Shown piece by piece: positions 47,299 through 57,836 of a DNA stretch of 64,000 nt; positions within the stretch are counted from its first letter, which is position 1, and each line of letters opens with the position of its first letter. Source of the DNA: an uncultured Alphaproteobacteria bacterium (lineage in GTDB: Bacteria > Pseudomonadota > Alphaproteobacteria > Rs-D84); contig CALXWX010000002.1 of the NCBI GenBank assembly GCA_944392565.1, forward strand, positions 117,853 through 181,852, written 5' to 3'. The notes under the pieces are model-generated. The model had not been told where the DNA came from, made no database searches, and worked only from the letters and a program-made list of their open reading frames with translations. Made by a program: the position numbers and the translations under genes.

Positions 47299-48008
47299 TC
47301 TATCTTTTTAAAATATACCAAATATTCCACATTACCACTGCCGCCACGAATGGGCGATTCAATAATACCCGATTGTTTATAGCCGACTTTTTCAAAGTTT
47401 TGCACAACTGTATTTATCGCATTTTGCCGGTCGACCGCACTTTTTATAACGCCATGCGCGCGGGCGGCAATACTGCGCGAAACCTCGAACTGGGGCTTAA
47501 TTAATACAACAATCTGTGGCGCATTCCATGCCGCCAACGCATCACTGATATTGGTTAATGAAATAAAAGACACATCAACCACAATCAAATCAACCGGCGC
47601 AATCGGGGACAACGAACGAATGTCCGTCTGTTCCAACACGGTTACACGCGGATTATTACGCAACGGTTCCGCCATTTGATTTGTCCCGACATCCACCGCA
47701 ATTACGCGCGCCGCGCCGCGCCCCAACAGCGTTTCGGTAAATCCACCAGTACTGGCACCAACATCCAGACAAACCCATCCCGCAGGATTTATCCCAAACG
47801 TATCCAACGCGGCAACTAACTTCAAACTGCCGCGTCCCGCGGAATAGGGCAAATCGCCACCCACAATAACATCAGCATCGGTGACATCTTGGCTTGGCTT
47901 TTGTGCAACCCGACCATTAACCGTGACCAATCCAGACCTGATGGCCGCCGCCGCCCGCGCACGCGTGGAATACAATTTTCGTGAAACCAACGCCAAATCC
48001 AATCTCAT
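47295..48008 (-). CDS. tlyA: TlyA-family rRNA 2'-O-methyltransferase (haemolysin A-like)
   Basis: S4 domain RLDLALVSRKL.STRARAAAAIRSG.V.VNG plus FtsJ-type domain DVGASTGGFT. Start at 48008. Confidence 0.9.
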   Translation of the reverse strand: MRLDLALVSRKLYSTRARAAAAIRSGLVTVNGRVAQKPSQDVTDADVIVGGDLPYSAGRGSLKLVAALDTFGINPAGWVCLDVGASTGGFTETLLGRGAARVIAVDVGTNQMAEPLRNNPRVTVLEQTDIRSLSPIAPVDLIVVDVSFISLTNISDALAAWNAPQIVVLIKPQFEVSRSIAARAHGVIKSAVDRQNAINTVVQNFEKVGYKQSGIIESPIRGGSGNVEYLVYFKKID

Positions 48009-48079
48009 AAAAATAATTTTACATTGCCAACGCAAAAAAATCAATATCACACTTAGCATACATCTAACAAAAAACACAT

Positions 48080-49105
48080 GCGTTTATGCAACAAGCCACC
48101 TTATCATTTTAATTCATAAAATACTTTATATTTAATATATAACATTTTATTTATTAATGATTATTTTAATTTTTATATTTTCACAAAACTAAATCAGTTT
48201 ATCACAACAAATATCGATTTTTTACAACATACAGACAAACACAATTCAGACATAAAACACATGTAAAAAACATCACTTCAAACCGTAAAAAGCGCGATAA
48301 AAAATAATTATTTTTATACTAAAATCAAAGAATTATAGCAATTTATTTATAAGACACATAAATTCAACCAAAAAACCGTACAAACCCGCGAAAATCCGCC
48401 ATTTTTTAATAAAAAACAACAAAATAGGGCGCTAACACACATTTTTGCAATAAAAAGTACAAAAAAACATCATTTAACAACACAAACAAAACAATATGCT
48501 GAACATACAGCACACACATATAAACAAAAAAAAGTATTTTGCACATAAAGTAAATTATACATTTAAAAACAAAAGAATATTTTATATATTTAAAAATAAA
48601 AATTAATTTCAACAGCAAATGAAAACGCGTCAAAACTTATAACGCATATCACAACAAAAAAAACATTCCAAAGCACGTAAAAAAACACATCACAACAACC
48701 CAACAAACTCCACCCGAACACCCCACTACAACACCAAACTATACATAATATACATTATGCGCCTTTTGATTATCGATGCCCTGGCGCGCAAATATCAATA
48801 AAATCAAAAACCAAAAAAGCACAACAAATACGACACAATCACAACACTATACACCAAAACAATACATATCTCAAACACCGCGGAAAATTCAAAATAAAAC
48901 GCCACAAAAAAAACTCTAACCGCATTCATACAAGCATTATTTTAACCATCCGTATACACAAGACAATATCCACAAAACACCCCAAAACATTAATCGTATT
49001 TTTGATTCTCTGCCACCACCAACGGCTCACAAAAATCATTTTCATACAACACCCCCGCACACAAACGCCGTACAAAACTATACATAACCCCAAAAAAAAG
49101 ACAAC
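48080..49105 (+). other. About 1-kb ORF-less, strand-asymmetric A/C-rich, G-poor region with repeated words
   Basis: A hand count of 48481-48540 gives A33 C12 T11 G4. ATCACAACA occurs four times on one strand (48201, 48648, 48689, 48838). AAACTATACATAA occurs twice (48736, 49075). Only low-complexity minus-strand ORFs are present. Confidence 0.7.
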
Positions 49106-49136
49106 AAAAAAATGCGGGACACAGCCCCGCAAAAAA
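49106..49136 (-). terminator. Intrinsic terminator after mscL
   Basis: On the minus strand: gcgggg-ctgtgt-cccgc followed by a T-run. Confidence 0.7.
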
Positions 49137-49157
49137 GTTTAAGCAACACATTATCAA

Positions 49158-49715
49158 TTATTTTGAACCCCTTGTTATTTTTGCAATTTTTTTCAATTTT
49201 CTGTTCGCTTTTTTTGCAATATTTTTTATATCTTTTTCTAATTCGCTTGCCTTGTTTGGGTCATCTTTTATTGGTTCAACAACAGAACAACAATTTGGGC
49301 ATTTTGATGCCTGGGCATTTATTGTTGATTTACAATATGGACACGCACGCGTATATGTTTTGGTGCGAATTTTGTTTATAATCTTTACCATCAAGAATAT
49401 CGCAAACATGGTCACAAAAAAACTGACCACAGAATTCAAAAACACGCCAATATTCATTGTTGTGGCGCCTGCCGCTTGGGCTTCGGCAACTGTGTTATAA
49501 TGCGCCCCAGGCGTTCCACCCGCTAAAACAACAAAAAATTGCGAAAAATCAATATTCCCCATCAAAATCCCTATGGGTGGCATAATAATGTCTTTGACCA
49601 AAGAATTTACCATGCTGGTCATAACACTGCCGACAATAATACCGACAGCCATATCAATTGCACTGCCCCGTTCTATAAAGGTACGAAATTCCGACAAGAA
49701 TTTGTTTTTAGCCAT
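49158..49715 (-). CDS. mscL: Large-conductance mechanosensitive channel with C-terminal zinc-ribbon extension
   Basis: FIERGSAIDMAVGIIVG...DIIMPPIG core. After TM2, CPYC-x10-CPNC plus a Lys-rich tail. Start MAKNKF at 49715. Confidence 0.9.
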   Translation of the reverse strand: MAKNKFLSEFRTFIERGSAIDMAVGIIVGSVMTSMVNSLVKDIIMPPIGILMGNIDFSQFFVVLAGGTPGAHYNTVAEAQAAGATTMNIGVFLNSVVSFFVTMFAIFLMVKIINKIRTKTYTRACPYCKSTINAQASKCPNCCSVVEPIKDDPNKASELEKDIKNIAKKANRKLKKIAKITRGSK

Positions 49716-50265
49716 TTTTTTGTCCTTTTTGTGAATATTCTGCAATTGCATTAATAACTTTGCCCAATGTTTTTCGCAAACTTTCATCACGTGTTTGCAC
49801 GGTTATATCCGCCATTGCATATGTATCATATCGTTCTGTGATTAATTGTGCCAAAATTTTTCGGCTGTCTGCATGCAATAATTGCGGTCGTGTATCGCGA
49901 AAATTTGTTCGTTTAACTAACAAATCTAAATCCGCCCGCAACCATACAGACACCGCACGCGCCAACACCATTTCACGCACAGCTGGGGTTATAAAAGCCC
50001 CCTCGCCCGTGGAAATAACTTTTAATGTTGGCGGTGTATCTAACAGGCGCGCGATAATACTCTGCTCTGCACGCCGGAATTCCGCTTCGCCGTACATGGA
50101 AAAGATATCAACAACACTGCAACCGGCAGCAGCTTCAATCTCTTTATCTGAATCAACAAACGGAATCCCCAGCCGACGCGCCAACGCGCGACCAACACTG
50201 GTCTTCCCCGCCCCCATCAGTCCAACCATAACAATCGGTTTATCTAATACAATATTTTCTATCAT
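49708..50265 (-). CDS. aroK: Shikimate kinase
   Basis: Walker A GLMGAGKTSVG and FVDSDKEIE. Start MIENIVL at 50265. 8-nt overlap with mscL. Confidence 0.9.
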   Translation of the reverse strand: MIENIVLDKPIVMVGLMGAGKTSVGRALARRLGIPFVDSDKEIEAAAGCSVVDIFSMYGEAEFRRAEQSIIARLLDTPPTLKVISTGEGAFITPAVREMVLARAVSVWLRADLDLLVKRTNFRDTRPQLLHADSRKILAQLITERYDTYAMADITVQTRDESLRKTLGKVINAIAEYSQKGQKNG

Positions 50266-50382
50266 GCTGAAAATTTTAATAAAAAACGCGTTAATTCTCA
50301 ATAAATAAAAATTGCTTTTTGTTTTAAATAGTAAGAAAAATATGCTATAATACATATAAAATAACCAAGGGACAGAGAGAAT

Positions 50383-51495
50383 ATGAAATCATTACCATTT
50401 TTATCTTTAAGTATATTTATGTTATCCATGGGGGGCGCATTTGCATCTGGATCGCATATTTATGCAAACACATTTACTGCGAACAATATAACCGCGTTCC
50501 AGCATTCAATCATGACAACCGCAATGCAAACATTCGAAGGTACTGCATCCGCAGCATTGGCGGGTCGTCGCATATTATCCCCCGCCCCCAAATCAGATTC
50601 TGTAAATTCCGCCGATTTATATGGTCGCATGCCAATGTACGGTCGCCCGCACCTGTACGGTGAATATGGCGATGACGGCACAGTGCAACAAACCGGTCGA
50701 AATGGTGGCGATGTTGACACAGATCCACGCCCTGTTATAAACAGCATGTGGTTAAATTGGCAACATTTTAATGATGATGTAAAGTTCAAGGGCTATGACG
50801 AATTGGATTCTGATTACGATTTAATAATGTTCGGATTGGCGGGCGGTGAAGCACAATGGGGCATTGGAATATCAGAATGGGGCATTTTTGGTGGCTATGT
50901 TGGCGGCACCCAGGATAATGAATTTATCAGCATTGATGAAAATGGCGGATATATCGGTTTGTACAGTGGATACAATATCCAAAATTTCAATCTGTCATTG
51001 GCGGCAAATGCGGGTGCATTATATAACAATGCGGAAAATGAATACGGCACTGATGAATTTGCAAACATGTGGGCGGGCGCCGCAATAAATGCAACATATA
51101 ACATTGCGTTGGATGATACATTCACGCTGCAACCGGGGGTATATGCTGGATACACATGGATTGGGTCTGCAAATTATATGTCCATATCGGGGGCGTCTGT
51201 CGCAAATCAAAACTTTAATACATTTGAAATCGCGCCATCATTGCGTGCAATTAAACATATTGGTCGCGGATGGTTTGGATACATTGGTGTAAAGTACGCA
51301 TTTATGTCGGGACACGGCGGTACAGTGGTCGTTGATGGCATGAAATACGATGAACTGGATACACGCGATTACGCCGAATACGGGATTGGTATTGAAAAAT
51401 CAATCGACAGATTTAATATTGCACTAAATTTAAATCGTCGCGATGGCGGACGCAGTGGTTGGAATGGATCTGTAAACTTAAAATACATATTCTGA
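50383..51495 (+). CDS. Outer-membrane beta-barrel protein (autotransporter beta-domain-like)
   Basis: Signal peptide ending GGAFA. Alternating aromatic/Gly beta-strand pattern. C-terminal ...NLKYIF with terminal Phe. Confidence 0.75.
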   Translation: MKSLPFLSLSIFMLSMGGAFASGSHIYANTFTANNITAFQHSIMTTAMQTFEGTASAALAGRRILSPAPKSDSVNSADLYGRMPMYGRPHLYGEYGDDGTVQQTGRNGGDVDTDPRPVINSMWLNWQHFNDDVKFKGYDELDSDYDLIMFGLAGGEAQWGIGISEWGIFGGYVGGTQDNEFISIDENGGYIGLYSGYNIQNFNLSLAANAGALYNNAENEYGTDEFANMWAGAAINATYNIALDDTFTLQPGVYAGYTWIGSANYMSISGASVANQNFNTFEIAPSLRAIKHIGRGWFGYIGVKYAFMSGHGGTVVVDGMKYDELDTRDYAEYGIGIEKSIDRFNIALNLNRRDGGRSGWNGSVNLKYIF

Positions 51496-51497
51496 AA

Positions 51498-51526
51498 CAA
51501 ATCCGCCATTTGGCGGATTTGTTATT
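51498..51526. terminator. Intrinsic terminator between convergent genes
   Basis: atccgcc-attt-ggcggat hairpin. Confidence 0.7.
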
Positions 51527-51545
51527 CTGGTATTTACAATAAAAA

Positions 51546-52610
51546 TTATTCCATATTTGCCAATCGTTCCAATTGATCGGCGGCAATTAATGCATCAATC
51601 ATTTCATCCAATGCCACACCACCCGCCAAAATATCATCTAACTTATACAATGTTAATTTTATTCGATGATCTGTCACGCGTTGTTCTGGGAAATTATAAG
51701 TTCTGATTTTTTCACTGCGATCGCCCGACCCAACCATAGATTTGCGCGATGCATTACTGGCGTTTTCTTGTGCGATGCGTTGCTGTTCATATAATTTTGA
51801 ACGCAATATATCCATTGCCAACGCTTTATTTTGAATTTGACTGCGTTCATTTTGACATGTAACAACGATTCCAGTTGGAAAGTGCGTTATACGAACGGCA
51901 CTGTCTGTTTTATTAACATGTTGCCCGCCGGCACCAGATGCGCGAAACACATCGATTCGTATATCTTTATCATCAATTACGATATCGATATCTTTTGCCT
52001 CTGGCATAACAGCGACAGACGCGGCACTGGTATGGATTCGTCCCCCTGCTTCGGTTTCTGGCACCCGTTGTACACGATGAATCCCCGATTCGAATTTCAA
52101 TCGTGCATATGCACCAACGCCATCAATCTTGAATATAATTTCTTTATATCCATGTAATGATGTTGCGTTTTCTTCAATAACCTCTACTTTCCAACCGTGT
52201 CGCAATGCATATGATTTATATTGATTGTATAAATCGCCCGCAAACAGTGCCGATTCTTCACCACCAACCCCGGCACGAATTTCCATAATAACACTGTTAT
52301 CATCGGCTTCATCGCGCGGCAACAGTGCGATTTGCAATTTCTTTTCAATTTCTGGCAACGCATGGTTCAAATCATTTAATTGCTGTGCCGCAATTGTTTT
52401 CAATTCCGCATCATGCAGCATTTCATTTGCATCATCAATACCGCGCTTTACTTGAAAATATTCATCAATCAATGGCAAAATTTCCGCCAATTGCGAATAT
52501 TCTTTGGACAACTTGGTTAATTCCGCCCCAGAAACATTCCCAGAATTCATTTGTTCCGCGATTTCTGCGGCATGCAATTGAATATCTTTTAATTTATCAT
52601 CAATTACCAT
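51546..52610 (-). CDS. prfA: Peptide chain release factor 1
   Basis: [13 protein letters not shown] (GGQ) and RVQRVPETE (PxT) motifs. Confidence 0.96.
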   Translation of the reverse strand: MVIDDKLKDIQLHAAEIAEQMNSGNVSGAELTKLSKEYSQLAEILPLIDEYFQVKRGIDDANEMLHDAELKTIAAQQLNDLNHALPEIEKKLQIALLPRDEADDNSVIMEIRAGVGGEESALFAGDLYNQYKSYALRHGWKVEVIEENATSLHGYKEIIFKIDGVGAYARLKFESGIHRVQRVPETEAGGRIHTSAASVAVMPEAKDIDIVIDDKDIRIDVFRASGAGGQHVNKTDSAVRITHFPTGIVVTCQNERSQIQNKALAMDILRSKLYEQQRIAQENASNASRKSMVGSGDRSEKIRTYNFPEQRVTDHRIKLTLYKLDDILAGGVALDEMIDALIAADQLERLANME

Positions 52611-52616
52611 CGTTTA

Positions 52617-53909
52617 TTACGCCATTTTTAATAAATTTATTGTTTGTTCCAGATTTAAATTTTGCTGGGCGCCTGTTGACATATCTTTTACCGCCAGTAT
52701 TTCTGATTCGCGTTCATTTTCACCGATAATAATACTGTAATCCGCATTAATTTTATCGGCAAATTCAATTTGATTCTTGAATTTTTTATTTGCATCCAAA
52801 TATGGAACCGTGGTTATTCCATTCGCACGCAACGCCGCAACAACACGCATTGCATATGGAACCTGACCTGCACCCATTGCCAATACCGCCGCGCGTACCG
52901 GACGCATAAACGGTGTTAAATCAATTTTATTTTCATCCATCAATGCAACCATTAATCGTGAAAAACCAACCGCGGCGCCAACGCCGATAATTCTTGTCTT
53001 GGAAAATTTAGACGCCAAATCTTCATATCGACCACCACCACCAATCGCACCCAGTTCGGGGAATTTATCCAAGAAAAATTCAAATACAATTCCCGTATAA
53101 TACGCATGCCCACGCATGATTCCTAAATCTATCTGTGCATTTTTTACGCCCATTGAATCCAACAAAATCATAAAATCATCCATTTCACGAATTGCCGAAT
53201 CCAGCGCATCAGACACACCAACAAACGAACGATATCCGCTTGAAAATACTTTATTTATTTCAACCGCAGCATTTTCACCAACTGTTTCCACCAATCCGTC
53301 ATAAAAATCATTCATCTTGTCTTTTTTATCGATCAAGACAAATGCACTGCGACATTGCTCGGATGTTAAATTTAAATATTCAAACATTGCGTTCCAGAAT
53401 CTGCGATTTCCCACGCGCACATTCACCGGTCCAATAAATTCAGCAACAGAATCATACGCCGCCGCCAATGTTGCAACAATTTCCGCATCATAATTTTCAG
53501 ACAGATTATCAATTCCCATAATATCCAAATCCATCTGATAAAATTCACGATACCGACCGCGTTGTGGGCGTTCGCCACGATAATTACGCGCAAATTGATA
53601 TGCACGAAATGGGAATGCTAAATCATTCATATGTCCTGCGACATAACGCGACAATCCAACAGTTCCATCATAACGCAGCCCCATTTTCGTATCGCCCTTT
53701 TGGAACAAGAACATTTGCGTTTCAATTTCATCCCAATTGTCTTTATCGGTTAAAACCTCTGCCCGTTCAATTGCCGGTAAATCCAGATGTGAAAACCCGG
53801 CTGTTTTCAAAACGCGCTGCATACGGGCGGCGCATTCATCAAAGCACCGTTGCTGCAATGGCAATAATTCTATAAATCCCGATAAAGTTTTTGTTGGTTT
53901 CAGTTCCAT
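52617..53909 (-). CDS. hisS: Histidine--tRNA ligase
   Basis: Class II motif 2, FRYERPQ-like: YRGERPQRGRYREFYQMDLD. C-terminal anticodon-binding domain. Confidence 0.88.
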   Translation of the reverse strand: MELKPTKTLSGFIELLPLQQRCFDECAARMQRVLKTAGFSHLDLPAIERAEVLTDKDNWDEIETQMFLFQKGDTKMGLRYDGTVGLSRYVAGHMNDLAFPFRAYQFARNYRGERPQRGRYREFYQMDLDIMGIDNLSENYDAEIVATLAAAYDSVAEFIGPVNVRVGNRRFWNAMFEYLNLTSEQCRSAFVLIDKKDKMNDFYDGLVETVGENAAVEINKVFSSGYRSFVGVSDALDSAIREMDDFMILLDSMGVKNAQIDLGIMRGHAYYTGIVFEFFLDKFPELGAIGGGGRYEDLASKFSKTRIIGVGAAVGFSRLMVALMDENKIDLTPFMRPVRAAVLAMGAGQVPYAMRVVAALRANGITTVPYLDANKKFKNQIEFADKINADYSIIIGENERESEILAVKDMSTGAQQNLNLEQTINLLKMA

Positions 53910-54091
53910 TTTTTTATTTCCTATGGTTTACCGTAAAAATTCGGCATTTTTTTAATGTCTGTATTAATATCACAAAATATAAAAATGCTATAAACAGTCG
54001 CCCCATGGGGCGTGATGAAACACGGCAAAGATATTTTTTTGAATATTCACGCTGTTAATTCTACCTGAAATTCAGCATTTTTCAAGTTTTA

Positions 54092-54799
54092 TTAAAAATA
54101 TTTATGTAATTCCCCACCGTGTACATTCAGCCATCGCCGCGCGCGTTCTACGCCGAATCCATATAATTGCGATACCGTTTGCCAAAATGCCGGCGAATGA
54201 TCCATATGCACACGATGCGCCAATTCATGCATAACAACATACCGCATAACATCCGTTGGCGCGAACGCCAATCGCCACGAAAAAGACATTGTACCACTGG
54301 TCGAACAACTGCCCCAGCGTGTCGATGTATCACGAATTGCAATTCTGCGTGGCCACAGTTCCCGTGGCGCACCACGCACCATTTGCTTTACAGCAATCAA
54401 GAATTGCGCGCGAATAAAATCACGAACCCGGCGTTCAAACATATCCGCATCACCACCAACAATTAATTTTGCAGTACCGTCATCATTTTCAATAAAATCA
54501 TTTGCACGCCGCGCCGCATCATGAACCAACAACACACGCCACCCTAAAAATTCAATTTCATCACCCGGATGCAAATGTTCTTTTATTGGTGCATTTGCAA
54601 AAATGCGTTCGCACCACTTTCTTTTTTGTTCCAAAAATCGCAATGCTGCTGTGGTTGGCGTCATCAATGGCTTTGATATATGAATTTCACGCAACGGACG
54701 CGTTTTTGGACGCAATGTAATATTGCGCAATCCACGCCGCGTATTAATAACAACCGGGATTTTTTCACCCGATGATAAAACAAATTCATATTCAGACAT
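54092..54799 (-). CDS. YgjP/DUF45-family (SprT-like) metal-dependent hydrolase
   Basis: HELAHRVHMDHSPAFW zinc motif near the C-terminus. Confidence 0.85.
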   Translation of the reverse strand: MSEYEFVLSSGEKIPVVINTRRGLRNITLRPKTRPLREIHISKPLMTPTTAALRFLEQKRKWCERIFANAPIKEHLHPGDEIEFLGWRVLLVHDAARRANDFIENDDGTAKLIVGGDADMFERRVRDFIRAQFLIAVKQMVRGAPRELWPRRIAIRDTSTRWGSCSTSGTMSFSWRLAFAPTDVMRYVVMHELAHRVHMDHSPAFWQTVSQLYGFGVERARRWLNVHGGELHKYF

Positions 54800-54813
54800 T
54801 TCTTGATATATGC

Positions 54814-56598
54814 TTATTTTAACTTCTTTAAAATATCGCGCGCAATTGCGTCTGTGTCAAATCCAAAATGCGAATATACCGCATCGCCATCGCCCGATGC
54901 GCCAAACGAATCAATTCCAACAACAGCATCGGCAAATTCAAACCACGGCGCCGTGGCAGCGGCTTCTATTACAACAACATATCCTGCTAAAATTTTATTC
55001 TTATACTTTATATCTTGGGCGCGAAAATCTGAAACAGACGGCATACTGACCACCTGAACCGCATCCCCCAGTTTTTCTGCGACATGAACCGCCAACGGTA
55101 CCTCTGTCCCGGTTGCAATTATTGTCACACGAACGCGCCGCGCCACCGCCGGCAATATTATATACGCACCACGCGATATATCCACATCATCTGGGGCTGA
55201 TACCTGTTCTATCTTTTGACGCGACAAAATTATCGCGGTTGGATTAGATGTGCCATTTATCGCCCGCCGCCATGCATATGCAACCTCTGCCCCGTTACAC
55301 GGACGAATAACATTCAAATTTGGGATTAATCGCAATGATGGCAACTGCTCAATTGGCTGATGCGTTGGACCATCTGCCCCAACCGCAATACTGTCATGCG
55401 TAAAGACATATATAACCGGCAAACGCGACAACGCCGCCAATCTTATACTGGGGCGCATATAATCACTGAACACTAAAAAAGTTGAACCATATGACCGCAA
55501 TCCGACATACGCCATACCATTCATAATTGCGCCCATTGCATGTTCCCGCACACCATAATTTATATAGTTTCCATCAAATTTAGGCGGCGCAATATCAATA
55601 CTCTCATCCGTTTTAACATTTGTACTGGCACCTAAATCCGCACTGCCCCCGATTAAATTTACACCCGCCGCAATAACAGACTTTAAATAAATTCCTGATA
55701 ATTCACGCGTTGATATATTTTTATCGGATTCTGGCACCGCAACAGAATTAAAATCAATCGCCTGCTTATCAAACAAATTTTCAACCGGCGCATTATTTGC
55801 AACAATTTCCCATAAATCATCACCCACCGGCGATATATACTTTTCCATCAGCCGCATTAATTCCGCATCAGATAATGCCAAACCATGCGCCGCCGATGTT
55901 CCCGCCAAACTGGAATCACGCCCAATAACCGTTTTACATTGAATGAATGTTGGTATATTGCTTTTATGCGCATCATTCAATGCACGCCCCAGCTTTTTAA
56001 AATCATCACCCGGGACGCTGACAACATTCCATCCTGCTGCCCGCATACGCATTGGCATATCAACATCAGTAATTGCGCGACCATCAATACTGACACCGTT
56101 ATCATCCCACAACAATATTAAATTATTCAGTCTATATTGTCCGGCGAATGAAATCGATTCGGACGCCACCCCTTCCATCAAATCGCCATCACTGCACAAA
56201 CAATAAACAAATTCGTCTGTTCTGCGTATTTTTGCCGCCAACGCCATACCAACCGCATTGCCGACCCCCTGCCCCAATGGTCCAGTGGTAGCCGCGACCC
56301 CATCAATTCCAAATTCCGGATGTCCCGGCAATCCCCCCAGTTTCCTAAAAGATTCTAAATCGCCGACATTATACCCCGCCAACTTTAATACAGAATATAA
56401 CAGCGCACTGCCATGCCCCGCCGACAATACAAATTTGTCGCGTCCACGGCGCAGAAAATTTGCATAAATAATTGTTATTATATCTGCGGCATCCAAGACA
56501 ATACCAACATGACCAGAACCGGCGCAACGCACCGCATACAATGCATGCGCACGAACGGCACGCGACATTTCTATTAATTGCTTGGCATCAAATCTCAT
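54814..56598 (-). CDS. tkt: Transketolase (short, 594 aa)
   Basis: SGHVG, GHGS..LY, GPLGQG, and the TPP motif SDGDLMEGV...NL...DDN. Confidence 0.92.
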   Translation of the reverse strand: MRFDAKQLIEMSRAVRAHALYAVRCAGSGHVGIVLDAADIITIIYANFLRRGRDKFVLSAGHGSALLYSVLKLAGYNVGDLESFRKLGGLPGHPEFGIDGVAATTGPLGQGVGNAVGMALAAKIRRTDEFVYCLCSDGDLMEGVASESISFAGQYRLNNLILLWDDNGVSIDGRAITDVDMPMRMRAAGWNVVSVPGDDFKKLGRALNDAHKSNIPTFIQCKTVIGRDSSLAGTSAAHGLALSDAELMRLMEKYISPVGDDLWEIVANNAPVENLFDKQAIDFNSVAVPESDKNISTRELSGIYLKSVIAAGVNLIGGSADLGASTNVKTDESIDIAPPKFDGNYINYGVREHAMGAIMNGMAYVGLRSYGSTFLVFSDYMRPSIRLAALSRLPVIYVFTHDSIAVGADGPTHQPIEQLPSLRLIPNLNVIRPCNGAEVAYAWRRAINGTSNPTAIILSRQKIEQVSAPDDVDISRGAYIILPAVARRVRVTIIATGTEVPLAVHVAEKLGDAVQVVSMPSVSDFRAQDIKYKNKILAGYVVVIEAAATAPWFEFADAVVGIDSFGASGDGDAVYSHFGFDTDAIARDILKKLK

Positions 56599-56634
56599 TT
56601 TATGATATTATATCACAAAAGCAGGTTATAAAAA

Positions 56635-57069
56635 ATGTTAAAAATTTGGACAGATGGCAGTTGTTTGGGAAACCCCGGTCCGGGCGGGTGGGCATTCATT
56701 GCAACAAACGGCACCCAAACCGCCGAACGCAGTGGATATGAGGCAAACACAACAAACAATCGCATGGAATTAACCGCGGTTATACGCGCATTGACGGCAT
56801 CACGACATCATAATGAAATCGAACTGCACACTGACAGCCAATATGTAAAAAACGGCATGCAATTATGGGTTCCCCAATGGAAAAATAATAATTGGAAAAC
56901 CGCCGCGAAAAAGCCGGTAAAAAATAAAGAACTGTGGCAACAATTGGACGAATTATCACAAAACAAGAAAATTCATTGGGTTTGGGTCCGTGGACATGCC
57001 GGCAATCCATTTAATGAACGATGCGATGAACTGGCGCGCAATGCCGCTGAAAAAATAAAAAAATATTAA
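56635..57069 (+). CDS. rnhA: Ribonuclease HI
   Basis: WTDGSCLGNPGPGGWA...NNRMEL...TDSQY. Confidence 0.95.
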   Translation: MLKIWTDGSCLGNPGPGGWAFIATNGTQTAERSGYEANTTNNRMELTAVIRALTASRHHNEIELHTDSQYVKNGMQLWVPQWKNNNWKTAAKKPVKNKELWQQLDELSQNKKIHWVWVRGHAGNPFNERCDELARNAAEKIKKY

Positions 57070-57086
57070 AAAAAATATAAATAACA

Positions 57087-57815
57087 ATGGCAACAGAAAA
57101 TATATTTATAAAAGGCATTCGTAATATACTGCGCAAATCGCGCCCAATATTGTGGCGCGAATTATATCACACAATGCATACAATTGACACAGACAGAATT
57201 TTCCCCATGTATTACGCAATATGGTTGCACATAAAATTGGGTTTTCTGGCGACACAACGCGGGCGCCATACAAAAAAACTGGTCAAAGAAATACGCAAAA
57301 ATTTATTTTCTGCCCTTGTAAATCACGCTGATCAAAACACGATTGAAAATTATCATATCGCAACCCTAGAAGAAAAACAAAATTTGGCATATTATGTAAC
57401 ATGGCGCCTGCATTCGGCGATGACATATACCCACCCAAATATATATGATAATTTACAAGAAATTAAATTTTGCGATTCAGAAAAATATAAATTAAAAAAT
57501 AACCAACCCGCCCCATATGGCGAATACTACGTTTCAAAACGCCTTATCTACTACTATTCTGGGGTATTTGAAATGGATTTGACCGATCTGTTAAATGTAA
57601 TCGTTCATGAATATATTCACGCAATGCAACAAAATTCTGAAACAAAATTACCCGACAAAATAATACAATTTCAAAACAGTCATTCCAAGGCATATTGGAA
57701 AACGCCATATATTTGCCGCCCCGATGAAATAGAAGCAGCCAGACTGGCTGACCTGGTTGTACACAACTTTGACAAAAGTTTCAAAAAATATAAACAAACT
57801 AATAATGAATTATGA
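57087..57815 (+). CDS. Hypothetical protein with HExxH motif
   Basis: VIVHEYIHAMQ at about residue 175. No signal peptide. No family recognised. Confidence 0.6.
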   Translation: MATENIFIKGIRNILRKSRPILWRELYHTMHTIDTDRIFPMYYAIWLHIKLGFLATQRGRHTKKLVKEIRKNLFSALVNHADQNTIENYHIATLEEKQNLAYYVTWRLHSAMTYTHPNIYDNLQEIKFCDSEKYKLKNNQPAPYGEYYVSKRLIYYYSGVFEMDLTDLLNVIVHEYIHAMQQNSETKLPDKIIQFQNSHSKAYWKTPYICRPDEIEAARLADLVVHNFDKSFKKYKQTNNEL

Positions 57816-57836
57816 TACCCAAAATCCATTATAAAA

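Noticed and set aside
48080-49105. Chromosomal replication origin (oriC)
   Set aside because: This is kept only as one hypothesis, not called. There is only one near-consensus DnaA box (48967-48974), and I found no TTAA-N7-TTAA CtrA sites. The flanking genes do not diverge from the region, because mscL and aroK are transcribed toward it. No dnaA, hemE or parAB markers are nearby.
48406-49132. Minus-strand ORFs 48406..48633 (75 aa) and 48926..49132 (68 aa)
   Set aside because: The Phe/Val/Leu/Cys/Tyr-only composition follows directly from translating a T/G-rich strand. There is no SD and the sequences are low complexity, so I treat them as non-coding.
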